Source: Bispira polyomma
Lineage: Eukaryota
Length of the DNA stretch: 64,000 nt
Reading direction: 5' to 3'
Assembly (NCBI GenBank): GCA_965649765.1
Contig: OZ287753.1
Location: 68,944,001-69,008,000 of the forward strand
Under the pieces are notes generated by a model that saw only the letters and a program-made list of their open reading frames with translations, was not told where the DNA came from and did not search any database. Each line of letters starts with the position of its first letter. The first letter of the stretch is position 1. Of the stretch, positions 1 to 11,734 are shown piece by piece. The translations under genes were made by a program, and so were the position numbers.

Positions 1-330
1 CTACTAAACCACTCTTTTAAACAATCTAAAATATATACCGTAAATAATATAAACTATATATTACAAATCTGATCTGTAATTTTGTCTCTTTATCTGACTA
101 TATGAACTCGATGGGATAACTCAAGCTAATTTCCAAATATATTAGAATGAAATATGCTGAGGAAATACAAACATAATTTGAATCAATCGAAATATTTATA
201 GTATTATATTACAACTACAAATACTACTGCCTCATCTGAAATAAACTCAGATATACATTCTCTTACATCAAATATACAAAATTATATATTTGCATACAAA
301 TATAAACAAAAATATAAGAATAAAGTTAAA

Positions 331-775
331 CGGTGTTCTTATGGTAACCGTACAGTATTACTATTTTAGATCTAGTATTTTATCTGGTATAACAATAAAC
401 TTAAGCGGTGTTCTTATGGTAACCGTACAGTATTACTATTTTAGATCTAGTATTTTATCCGGTATAACAATAAACTTAAGCAGTGTTCTTATGGTAACCA
501 TACAGTATTACAGTAGAACCTCTATTATCCAACCCTCTATTATCCGACTATTCTATTTTACGGACTCGATTTCATTCGCCCAAACTTAATTTTTTGCTAT
601 TGTTTTATACTAAAATGTGCTTTCTATTTTACTAAGCCTCTATTATCCAAACAAATTCTCACTCTCCCAATATGGTCAGATAATAGATTTTCTACTGTAC
701 TATTTTAGATCTACTATTTTATCTGTTATAACAATAAAGTTTAGCAGTGTTCCTATGGTAACCCAACACTATTAC
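331..775. repeat. 75-bp tandem repeat (~3.4 copies), interrupted by a MITE
   Basis: Unit cggtgttcttatggtaaccgtacagtattactattttagatctag... starts at 331, 406, 481 and resumes after 699. Confidence 0.85.
511..697. mobile_element. Tc1/mariner (pogo/Tigger-like) MITE
   Basis: Imperfect TIRs cagtagaacctctattatcc / gataatagattttctactg, TA duplicated on both sides; removing it restores the 75-bp repeat unit. Confidence 0.75.
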
Positions 776-821
776 TAACTTACAACAGTCTGTTTTCTTG
801 TAAAATGCCTAATAAATACAC

Positions 822-2521
822 TTACAGCTCAACCTCTTCCATCTCTATTGTATCTGACTCTTTTTTAGACTTAGACCTGGTGACCATTCCACTTTCCCCA
901 CCTTTCTTAGCTTTATCCCCCTTTGAAGATTGTGGGCTTCCCAACAAGTCAGTGTTTTCCTCATCCTCATCTGAATTATCTAATTTTAGATTAGCTAATC
1001 TTAACTCTGGATATGGAACATTACGTTTACACTTTTTCCTCAACATACAAATCACCCAAACAATGCTGGAAGTGATACTACTTAATACTCCTATAGGCAA
1101 TGAAATTTCAAGAATATGAATTGTTTCTTTTTCCCTCTCATCAGACTCATCATCAACATTTTGGAAAATAATTTTTGGTTCTTTAATTTTGTCTACTTCA
1201 CCTTTACCTTTTATACCATTATTTACCCCACCAAATTTTTCCTCTTTATCACTCTTATTATTACTCTCTTTATCAGCATCATCACTAGTATCATATACAT
1301 TTACACGTTCATCACTGTTGCTATCACTATCTTCTCTACTCCTCAACTCTTCTTCTGTATCTTACTCCTCTACATCCCCCTCTGAATCCTGATCTTCCCT
1401 ACTAGACTGAACTTTACCCTCTGCTTCCTCCTTCGAATCCACATCCTCTCTACTAGTCTGATATTTCTCCCCGTCGTCTTTCTCTTCATTCTCACCATCT
1501 ATTGTACAAAAAAATATTGCAAAATATTAATATATAATTATAATTTTTTTAGGCACCAGTTTGAGTAGAAATCCTCAATCATGAGGATGTGGCAACAGCA
1601 CCAGCTGTTGAAGCGATGTCAGCTGTCATCGAGGTGGGTACAGATGAGGAGGATGACCTCCCCCTGGAGGACTTCAATACATCTGAGGAAGGCGAGGAGG
1701 AGGAACTAGGCTGGGAAGTGGAGCTGACACCTGAGGAGGAGGAACTAGACCAGGAAGTGGAGGTGGTGTCACCTCCAAGATAAATTATTTATCCAGATAG
1801 CTCGGATATCGATTACTTCGAGCAGGATATTTCGTCAAGTGACGATGAACTTAATTTATACTAACAATCAGGTTAATTTTTTCTACCTTGAAAATAAAAG
1901 CTAAATTATTGTAAATAATTTAAAATAAATGAATATGGTATTATAGAAATTATCTTTTTATTCATATTATAATAATTATCACCTCCTTTAAATAGTTATA
2001 TCTCGATTTTAGACTATGTCCTCTCATTTAACCACTAATTTAACACCTTGTACTGAAAATCTACAGCTTTTTTTATCTAGAACAGGAGATTACATACGAT
2101 TTTACTCGTGTATAAATAATACGAATAAATAATAATAACGCAACAAACAGAAACACAAACAAAACAAAAAAAACGATAACAACATACCTTAAGTATCTAT
2201 TTAACCTTAATTAACCTCTTTAATACCGTATGCGCATCCTTTCACTGTAAAACTTTCATCGGCTATGTAGCGACACCGAACCCTGCTTTGAATCACAATT
2301 TCGTCAATCTGAGGCATATTAACCTTCATTTCAATTCCATCTACCCAACTAATATCGCTATTGTAAATCACCAACGCTCTAACCGCATGATCACTCAGCT
2401 CATATAAATCGGAATTAGTCATATCAGTGCAGTACATCCTTTGGCTGCGCAGGAAGCGACAGCGGTATGTCACAACACCGGGACATAAAAACAGCAATAG
2501 CAAACAAATCAAACAAACCAT
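822..2521 (-). pseudogene. Polinton cargo: spliced type-I membrane protein (signal peptide, Cys-bounded LRR-like ectodomain, acidic stalk, TM, cytoplasmic tail); exons ~2521-2227 and 1498-822, one in-frame stop near 1363
   Basis: ORF 2521 begins with hydrophobic MVCLICLLLLFLCPGVVT; phase-1 donor G|GTATT at 2227 matches phase-1 acceptor tttttgtacaatAG| at 1499; downstream frame has D/E-rich stalk and TM ISLPIGVLSSITSSIVWVICML-RKK. Confidence 0.5.
1553..1864 (+). pseudogene. Acidic terminal exon of an unknown Polinton gene (includes ORF 1589-1783)
   Basis: Acceptor tttttttAG at 1552, E/D-rich frame continuing through two internal stops to TAA at 1864, AATAAA at ~1893. Confidence 0.4.
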
Positions 2522-3031
2522 ATTGTAATCTCAAACAGTCCTAATGTTTTATTTTCTTTAAAATCTCTCACTTGTCTTCTTTCTCGAGCCTTCTTATCCC
2601 ACACACGCCTTTTGAAAGCGGATATCCGAAATTTTATTTTACAGCCGCTTGTATACACAGAATATGGTACGTACTAAATCTTCAGAAATATTTATCGAAT
2701 AAACTTTTCTTTGCTCAATACAAATTCTCTTTACACTATAAAATCTCTCAAATATCCACCCTTTTTTAACAAATAATTACAAAACCTGTCTGCAAAAAAA
2801 CTATTTTACATACCCTATATCAGTCAAGAGACAGACTGCAGAAAGAGTTAAAGCTGCTGTTTAAATCTGTCAATCTGTCAGTTTCATTCAAAATTGAAAA
2901 ACTATCGTATATAACGTCATCGCATTCTTCTTCACTATGATGTGAATGTTGTTAGAGTATATCAACTTTAATCAGTCTTAACTCGACTTGAGCTTTATAT
3001 TTTTAATCCCGTTGTTATTAAAAATACGAGT

Positions 3032-3832
3032 TTAATAATAAAATAGTTTCAAATATACCCACCAATTACTGCCTCTTTCAAACAGCTGTACCCCGTCTAC
3101 TACTCTGGCAGAGTATATAGGGTTTTCTCCCATTTCCATGTTCAAATCCTCTAAATCTAACCTCCTTCCTGCTGGTGGAGGATGTCTCCTTTTGCAGATC
3201 ATAACTATAACCAAAAAAGTGGATAGCAAACCTAATAGATATGCTATCACACTCAGAATAATCTTTATATGTGTATTGTTTCTATCAGTGGATATTAAAT
3301 AATTTTCTGTGAAGTTTCGTCCAATATTTCAATTGTAGAAATCAATGTAGAAGACTCTACAAGGGTTTGATCCTCAGGATAGGAAACTGACACAAATTTT
3401 GTTTGTGATGAGGTATGGAAATTAGCACTGCTTCTGCTTGTCATGGCATGGCTAATGTAGTCCCTGGTACTCATAAATGTGGATAATTGCTCCATATTCG
3501 TAGGGGTTACAGTCACCTTCTCGAACTTGCACATATTGGTTACAAGTTCTATATTAGCAGGAATCAATTTCAGAGAGTTACAATCCAAATCTCTCATGAA
3601 CAAGAGAGATAACTTTCATATATTTGGAAATACTTCCAAAATCTCCTCCATATCCGCAATCCTGACATCCTCTAAATATAGACTCTCAATCAAATTCCCT
3701 TTACCCTTAAACTGTGGATGATTCACACTAATACATTTTTAAACTTTAAGTTTGCTCTGACTAAAAAACCCTGTATACTGAAAATATGAACAAATGACTC
3801 ACAATCCCCAAAAGCAGTAAGACTTGTAACAT
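3032..3832 (-). pseudogene. Polinton cargo: second type-I membrane protein (signal peptide, LRR-like segment, S/T-rich stalk, TM, NPxY tail), disrupted
   Basis: ATG 3832 MLQVLLLLGIVSHLFIFSV; IESLYLEDVRIADMEEILEVFPNI*KLSL; S/T-rich ORF 3603-3295; TM IAYLLGLLSTFLVIVMIC-KRR and NPIY in ORF 3250-3032; stops/frameshifts between. Confidence 0.5.
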
Positions 3833-4047
3833 TACTTGCTTTTTCTATTTATTGAAGTGATCCTGTTTCTTTGACTGGGGCATAAAACCGAGCCTGCATA
3901 AATAAACAATCTTCCAAAGATAATAACATCAATTAGCATAAAGCTCTCATCTATATGACTTTGATAGCAAGCAGATGTAAATTACCTCTTTAATATAAAC
4001 AGAATAAGTCTTTTATCACCTATTTAGTACCTCTCTCTTGGCATGTA

Positions 4048-4490
4048 TTACATTTACACTCTGGCAGAATACGTAACATCAGTGTGCGTTTCCATCTACT
4101 CAAATTTTACTTATTGAATGGTATGCTTTACATTTACACACTGTTAGAATACGTAACACCAACTTGCACTTCCATCTAATCCATTTTTTACTTATTGAAT
4201 CTTTACATTTACACTCTGATAGAATACACAAAATCAGCGTCCGTTTCCATCCACTCAAATGTATTAGTTTAAAAATTAGCTCATCGCATATGTGAAAACC
4301 TAGCTTAAAGGGGGGGGGGGGCTCTCTAGGTAAAAAGCAGCTTTTATCACCACGCTATAGCAAGATTCTCTAAGTAGAATGATAAGTAGTTACGGACATA
4401 GCTCATCGCATATCTGAAAACGTAGCCTAAGTATACTGTCTAGCTGTAAAGCAGTTTTATCTCCACACTATAGTAAGGAAATCTAAATAG
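4048..4490. repeat. Two tandem repeat families (3x ~76-79 bp; 2x ~122 bp) in the divergent intergenic region upstream of polB
   Basis: ttacatttacac..gaatac at ~4048/4127/4203; tagctcatcgcata..gaaaac at ~4277/4399. Confidence 0.75.
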
Positions 4491-4758
4491 ATTATTTGTT
4501 AAAACCTTTTGAATATAATTCAATGAGAGTTTTTAGTAACAGAATGTATAAAATGCGTCATAGCTATGGTTTATAAACATTTTATAATAAATATGATTCA
4601 TGCTATAATTTGTAAAATCAAGTATAGTTGTCTATTTATAGAAATGATTGAGTCATGATAACTGAGTGTGTATATATATAGATATAGCTCAACTTTTATA
4701 AACTCATAAGGCATTTGTTGATGCTACCCTGCTAAAACCTTCTCACACTGAGAATGGA

Positions 4759-7700
4759 GTGTCCTTACTGTCAGAAGTTTTTAATGAGAAACAGAAATCT
4801 AAAGAGACACTTAAGGAGTGTGTACTATTAAGGGGGGTAAAGGAAATGGTATGCCCCCATTGTCAAGAGATTTTTACTGAATATAACAATTTGGGTAAAC
4901 ATTTAGAGAAATGTACTCCTCCAAGGTCGTCTCATCAAGACATTGTCAATTGTCCCTATTGTGACAGACACTATAATAACGTTGATCAAAAACAAGATCA
5001 TGAAAGAACATGTCTTAAATGTTATAGGTGTGGTACTTCTTTTAACACCCCACTCAAAAAAAGACTTCATCTAAAAGAGTGTAGAGTTGCTAGGTCTGAA
5101 TCGCAGATATACTGTGAAGACGAAACTGAGGTAAAGGTTACTAAAACAGATTCAAATGATAATTCTCTTCAAACAGAATTTGACAAAGTTTGGGATACTC
5201 ATAAATTACCAAAAAATGAGACGCATACTAAAAAGCTGATACATAAACAGTGTACTTCAAATCATGGTGATGATAGAACTTGTACTGAGAGTTATTCCTG
5301 TAAAAAATGTCATCATCAATTTGATTCTAGGTGGAATCTTTATATTCATACTATTACGACTCATAATCAAACAGGTGGTCAAAGTCATCTGCAAGATCCA
5401 GTCCTACCCCCAGATTACGAATTTGAAACTGTAAATATGTCAAATGCATACAAATCAAACCTTCAGCACATATTAGCTCAACATAACAGAGGTACATTAA
5501 AGACAACCTATAACTTTCCTACTGATGATTTATCGCGTGGAATGAGGGAAATATCAGAACATTTAAACGGAATATACAACGATCAAAATAATGCCTTTAA
5601 AATTAACCTATCTTTTGGTTTGATACTTAAAAATACTGAAAATGATGACTACCGTTATTATGTTCCATTTTATAACCAACAACTATTCCCCACTCCTTTT
5701 ACTATATCTCGCAGAGGTAATATCAGACATCTTTATCACAAAATAAGAGGACTAGATCTACCAGAATTTGTTAGACAGCTCAAACCCAATAGTAAATGGG
5801 TACCGGTTATGATTACTAATATTAATTATAACGTCATTCCAACGGCTTACTATTTAGGGTCTAATGCAATCATTCTTCCAGATTATATAAAAAATTCAAA
5901 ATCGATTATAGCATTAGATACTGATACAAAATCACTGCCATATGGAGATCATCTATGCGCTTTTAGAGCCTTAGCAATGCATAATAAGCTGAGCGGTATA
6001 AAGGACATGGCAACCAATTACTATTATAAATGGTGTGATTTTATAAACATACAAAAACATCATTTAGCATATCAAGGTCTTTTATTAGACCAGATACACC
6101 TTTTTGAGGAATGTTTTCATTTAAATGTTAACATTTATTCCCTTAAAGAAGACAATCTTGTGGTACCGGTTTATAAATCTATGTTGCGATATGATAAGGT
6201 TATGAATCTAAATATGTACCAAAACCATCTCAGCTATATCACAGATATTAGCAGATACAGTCGGAAGTATCAATGTACTCAATGTGACAAATTTTTTAAA
6301 ACAACTTCTACACTTAAGAGACATCTGGATAAGTGTTACAACAAAACGCGTTACGTATATCCAGGTGGTTTTTATCAGCCTAGTAAAACTATATTTGAAA
6401 AGCTCAGTGGTTATGACACCCAGGTTGAGACTGTTAGAAGGTTTTATCCCTATTTTGTAGTTTTTGATTTCGAATCTATGTTATTAAAGAGGGAGGGGGG
6501 AGAACCAACAAACACTAAATTGATTTACACTGTAGAGCATCACCCCATCAGCGTTTCTATATGTTCAAATGTAGATGGATACAAAGAAGCCAGCTGTTTT
6601 GTAGAGGCAGATGTGGACAAACTACTGAAAAGATAGAGACTTTAAAGGGAGGTATTTTAGGGGAGAGCTTTAATTCTAATCATATAGAGTTATTAGAAAA
6701 GGAATTTCTAAGGTATATTAGACAAATTCCTGTGTTGGGATTTAACAGTGGAAAATACGATTTAAATTTAATTAAATCCCAACTGGCGGGTCATTTATTT
6801 CAAAATAAAGACAGGGCAAATTTCACCGTTAAAAGAAACAACAATTACTTATCTCTCAGTACAAATAAGTTAAAATTTTTAGATATTAGTAACTATATTG
6901 CTGCGGGTGTCAGTTATTCAAAATTTCTCAAGTGTTATGGGGTAACAGAAACTAAAGGTTATTTTCCTTACGAATGGTTTGATTCTTTAGATAAGCTTAA
7001 TTATAGAACATTACCTCCTTATGATGCTTTTTATTCTACATTAAAGCAATGCAATGTTTTATCTGATAGGGACAATTATACTTTACTCCAGAATGTCTGG
7101 AAAGACAAAAACATGCAGACTTTTAAAGATTTTTTACAATGGTATAATAACCTAGATGTAGTCCCATTTTGTACCGCAATCACAAATCTGCAAGAATATT
7201 ATATTAATAAGGGAATTGATATTTTTAAAAATTACATATCAGTGCCGGGAATAGCTAGAAAAATGCTTTTTGATTCTACAGATTGCAAATTTTCACTTTT
7301 TGATGCTAAAAATAAGGATCTATACCTTACAATGAAAAATGGGATTGTAGGAGGTCCTTCCATTGTATTTCGACGTTACCACGAGGTAGATAAAACATTT
7401 GTGAGGGAAAATATAGATAAACCTGTTAAACTTATCGAAGGACGGGACGCGAATAGTTTGTATTTATGGTGTTTTGCCCAAAAATTGGGAACATGATTAT
7501 TTGTAAGAAGACACAAAGAAACTGGTTTCAAAGGAGAGGTTCCAGTGAAATATCTAGAACAATACATTTGGCTAGATTATGAGGCAGAAAAAAATAATAT
7601 TTATATACAACACGGTTTAAATAGTAGCAAAGAGTTTCGTATTGAACCTTATTAGTGGGGGGGATGAAGGCTGAACAAATTTTTTTAGCAACACCACTTT

Positions 7701-9089
7701 TAAAATGGTATTTAGATCATGGTATGAAAATTACTCAGATATATCAGGTTGTAGAATACGTAGCCAAAAATTGTTTTGATAATTTTACCTCCGAAATTTG
7801 TGATAGAAGGAGGCAGGGAGATATTAGTCCTGATAAAGCTATAATAGGAGAACTCTCTAAGCTACAAGGTAACTCAGCTTTTGGATCCTCAATTATGTCT
7901 AAAGAAAGACATTTAGACATTAAATATGTAAAGGGGGTGAGAGAGGCTACATTACTGGTTAATAATCCGTCTTTTAAAAATTTAACAGAATTGAAAAATG
8001 ACATGTATGAGGTCGAGAAATATAAAACCAAAATTACCTTAGATTTACCTATTCAAATAGGTTATTTTATTTTACAATATGCCAAATTAAAACTATTGTC
8101 TTTTTATTACGACTGTTTAGATCGATATGTAGACAGATGAGATTTTGAAATGATAGAAACGGATACAGACAGCGCCCTCAGTAAAAGATCCTTTGAGGAG
8201 AGTATCAGACCGTCCTTACGTTTGGAATATAGAAAAGATGTTTATGAATCTTGTAGAGATAATTTTACACCTAAGTGGTTTCCAAGACTTTGCTGTTCTA
8301 CCCACATAGCCTTTGACAAAAGAAGTCTAGCCTTGTTCAAGGTCGAATGCCTTGCCTCCAAGGCTATTTGTCTGTCTTCTAAAACCTACATAATGAGAGA
8401 GTTAAATGAAACGGATAAAATATCATGCAAAGGGATTTCTAAGAAAAGTCTTAATAATGCTATGAAATTATTTGAAAGCGTACTAAATAGTCAAAAGCCA
8501 CAACCATCTACAAATATGGGATTCAGAGCAAGATGCAATACAATTTACACATACACTCAGGAAAAATTAGGTTTCTCATATTACTATATTAAAAGACAGA
8601 TGTTAGAAGACGGTATACAAACTAAAGCTTTAAACATAATATCAAAACCTTGGCCAGACGATATTGTTATAGTGAAAAGCGACCTTGACCTATTAGCTAA
8701 TGGTTATTTATTTGATATTAGTATAGAGGGTAATAAATATTTGAATATAAACAAATATTTTGATGAATATAAAAAAAAACATTATTTATCCTCTATATCA
8801 ACTAGCTCTAGCAATCTTAAAGACTGGAAGTGGTTTAAACAAAGAGATAACATTATGTATACAATACTACTTTATAAAATACAACAGTGTCCTCGTTTTG
8901 CAGATGCACTGCATAAAACAAAAAAAAACTTATATATGCTATAATGTAACAGATAATTTATATTGGAATGTCGAATTAAGTAATAATCTGATGAGGGTTA
9001 TAAATAGGGACTCATATCCAGGTCAAAATCAAATGGGAGAGTTATTAATGAAACTTAGAGATACAGTTTTAATGACCGCGTCACTATGA
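4759..9089 (+). pseudogene. polB: Protein-primed family B DNA polymerase of Polinton (Zn fingers, terminal-protein region, OTU-like domain, exonuclease, polymerase, C-terminal NADAR-like domain); broken into 5 ORFs
   Basis: ExoI FDFES, ExoII GFNSGKYD, KGYFPYE, ExoIII YNNLDV, motif A DANSLY, motif B KLQGNSAFG, motif C ETDTDS; stops at 7494 and 8138, frameshifts near 6630, 7650, 8925. Confidence 0.92.
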
Positions 9090-9718
9090 GTATCAAATTT
9101 GAAGATCCTGCCAGTATACTTATGTCTGGGTGTAGTAATTCGGGCAAGACCACATTTCTATACAAACTCTTAGCCAATAAGAGAGATATGTTTGTGAGAC
9201 CGCCTAAAAAAATATTATATTGCTACTCTGTCTGGCAACCTATTTTCGATTCTCTTCAAAATAAAATTGACATCGGCTTTATTAAAGGACTGCCTGATCA
9301 GAGTGTAATTGATTCTATGAATGATGGAAATCATAATATTTGTATAATAGATGACCTTCAAGAAGAGGTTTCTGGTAATAAATTTATAGAAAAACTATAT
9401 ACCACATTATGTCATCATTATCACCTCACAGTCATTACTATTTTACAAAATTTATTTTATCAGGGTAAAACCTTAAGAACTATTAACCTAAATAGTCATT
9501 ATTTAATTTTATTTAAAAATCCGCGTGACATCAATCAAATAAAGTATTTAGGACAGCAAACAGGTTTCAAAAAAACTTTGGAAGAAGCATATAAAGACGC
9601 CACGGATGAGTGTTATAATTATCTGTTATTAGACTTATCTCCGCATTCCAGTACACAATACAAATTAAGAACCCACATATTACCTAGTGAAGACATAGTA
9701 GTATATTTAGCCAGGTAG
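9086..9718 (+). CDS. A32/FtsK-like genome packaging ATPase
   Basis: Walker A GCSNSGKT, Walker B IIDD, LQN, RTINLNSHYLILFKNPRD typical of Polinton ATPases. Confidence 0.93.
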   Translation: MSIKFEDPASILMSGCSNSGKTTFLYKLLANKRDMFVRPPKKILYCYSVWQPIFDSLQNKIDIGFIKGLPDQSVIDSMNDGNHNICIIDDLQEEVSGNKFIEKLYTTLCHHYHLTVITILQNLFYQGKTLRTINLNSHYLILFKNPRDINQIKYLGQQTGFKKTLEEAYKDATDECYNYLLLDLSPHSSTQYKLRTHILPSEDIVVYLAR

Positions 9719-9737
9719 GGTAATAAAGCCTATAAAT

Positions 9738-10070
9738 ATGACTGGTAGACTTAAAGGCGGGGCAGATTTTATTAGTTTTTTGTTAAACACCCACTCCAAA
9801 CAGAGACAGGCGATACTAGACACTTTGAATGAAAAACAGATTGGAGTAATAGTAGAAATAATTCACAACATCCTACGACTGAACCATTTAAAGAAGTATA
9901 AGGCTATTATTGGTAGAAACCTCAGAGTTTGGAAAAAATTAACCAATAGAAAAATAGGATGGAAGGATAAACAGAGGGTGATAAAACGAAATACTAAAAA
10001 AATAGAGAGTCTTATTGATTCGGTAAGGGGAGATCTACTGACTATATTAGGGGCTTGGCAGTATGAATAA
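9738..10070 (+). CDS. Small basic conserved Polinton protein (putative core protein)
   Basis: K/R-rich 110 aa, EIIHNIL motif, position directly after ATPase, overlaps next ORF. Confidence 0.65.
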   Translation: MTGRLKGGADFISFLLNTHSKQRQAILDTLNEKQIGVIVEIIHNILRLNHLKKYKAIIGRNLRVWKKLTNRKIGWKDKQRVIKRNTKKIESLIDSVRGDLLTILGAWQYE

Positions 10071-10497
10071 ATTTGTTTTAGTGCCTTATGAAAGATATAA
10101 AAATTGGACAAATTCTAAACCAAACTTTACTCAAGAAAAACATGGGTTAAATAATGATAATATACCAATTGACAGTATTCACCAGCCTCAACCGAAGGAA
10201 GATAAAGCATTAAATAATACGCCTGATAATAAAGCGACAGAGTTAGACACAAGACCTGATAATAAAGGGCCAGAGTTAGAGGCAAGATTACCAGATGGTG
10301 TTGATGTAATAAAATCAAGTAAGTCTGTAAAAAAGGTCATGGTTAAAAAAGTTGTAAAACCCCCTCAGATTGGAAAAGGAGTAGATAATATTAAATTACC
10401 TCCACCAGGTTTGCCAGATAATACGGGTAAATTAAAGGTAAAGACTTCTAGGAGGGGGGCGTACAATGTCTGGGTAAAAAAATGGGAGAGGTATTAA
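10063..10497 (+). CDS. Polinton hypothetical protein (K/P-rich)
   Basis: MNKFVLVPYERY start, QIGKG, PPPGLP and C-terminal W..KW; operon-like packing. Confidence 0.65.
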   Translation: MNKFVLVPYERYKNWTNSKPNFTQEKHGLNNDNIPIDSIHQPQPKEDKALNNTPDNKATELDTRPDNKGPELEARLPDGVDVIKSSKSVKKVMVKKVVKPPQIGKGVDNIKLPPPGLPDNTGKLKVKTSRRGAYNVWVKKWERY

Positions 10498-10578
10498 TAT
10501 ATAAGTCTGAACAAATTTAATATATTCTTGACTGTTGAACTTAAACTGATTGTATTTTAAAGTCTCAGCCGCATAATA

Positions 10579-11710
10579 ATGGAAAAAATTAAGACAGATT
10601 ATTTACACGACCTATATTACAATCCTAAAAATCCAACCTCATTCATCGGTTTCAATAAATTCTACACTTTTGTAAAAAATGATAATAAATATCCTTCTAC
10701 TAAGAAAGATATAAGAGAATGGATGGGTAAACAAGACGCCCTTATATTGCACCGTCCAGTTATAAGAAAATTTAAGAGACCTGTTACCATAGCTGTCAAA
10801 AAGGATCAACAGTGGAATTCAGACACAGCCAATATGGTTAAATTTAAAAAATACAATAAGGGCTATCAACATTTTTGTGTGGTGATAGATAGTTTAACCA
10901 GATATCTGTGGACCTTTCCAATACATAATCTCACAGGATTAGAAATGAAGGAGGGATTTAAAAAATTACTAGGAACCCACAAACCCCATTTTTTATTTTC
11001 TGATAATGGCAGTGAGTACAAAAGCAAAATATTTCGTAATTATGTTAAGGAACAAGGTGTGCAACATTTCATGAGTACTAATGAGACTAAGGTAGCTTTG
11101 GCTGAGAGAGTAATAAAAAACATTAAATTAAGGTTGATAAGGCGAATGACAGGACAAAATAATTTTATATGGTATGATGGGTTATCTAGCCTGACTGAGG
11201 CGTATAATAGTTCTTATCACAGAATTATTAAAACAACACCGTCAAATGCTAGAAATATGGATGACTACGATTTGTGGACAAATCAGTATAGTATTGGATA
11301 TAATGCAAAGAAGAAAAAGTATAAAAAAAAACAAGACTGCACCCTCTCCACAAAAATTACCATATAAATATAGGGTGGGAGATGTGGTAGAGGTAGCCTA
11401 TTTATCTAGACCGTTTGAAAGAGAATACGACAAAAAGTATTCAGGAGAAAATTTAATCATTGCTGACAGACATATAAATCAGGGTAAAGCACAATATAAA
11501 GTTAAAGATCTCAATAATAAGCTGATCGGTGGTAATTTTTTTAACAACGAATTGCAAAAGGTATATATAGATAGCGAAACTACATATCGAATAGAAAAAA
11601 TACTTAAAAGTCGAAGTAGAGGGGGAAAAAAGGATTTTTTGGTGAGGTGGGAAAATTATTCTCCAAAGTTTGATAGTTGGGTGACTGAAGAAGATATTAA
11701 AGATATATAA
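10579..11710 (+). pseudogene. Retroviral-like (c-)integrase with C-terminal chromodomain, frameshifted in an A-run near 11325
   Basis: YYNPKNP, QWNSD, FSDNGSEY, AERVIK, YNSSYH; chromodomain YRIEKIL...FLVRWENYSPKFDSWV. Confidence 0.92.
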
Positions 11711-11734
11711 TGAATTATTCTATTAAATAACATA

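Noticed and set aside
290-589. 99-aa ORF with repeated GVLMVTVQYY
   Set aside because: Translation of a 75-bp tandem repeat running into a MITE
331-775. CRISPR-like regular repeats (also 4048-4490, 34770-35070)
   Set aside because: Whole units repeat with no unique spacers; eukaryotic context, no cas genes
7376-8031. Minus-strand ORFs inside polB (and similar ones inside the IAP and small Polinton genes)
   Set aside because: Antisense shadows of clearly coding plus-strand genes
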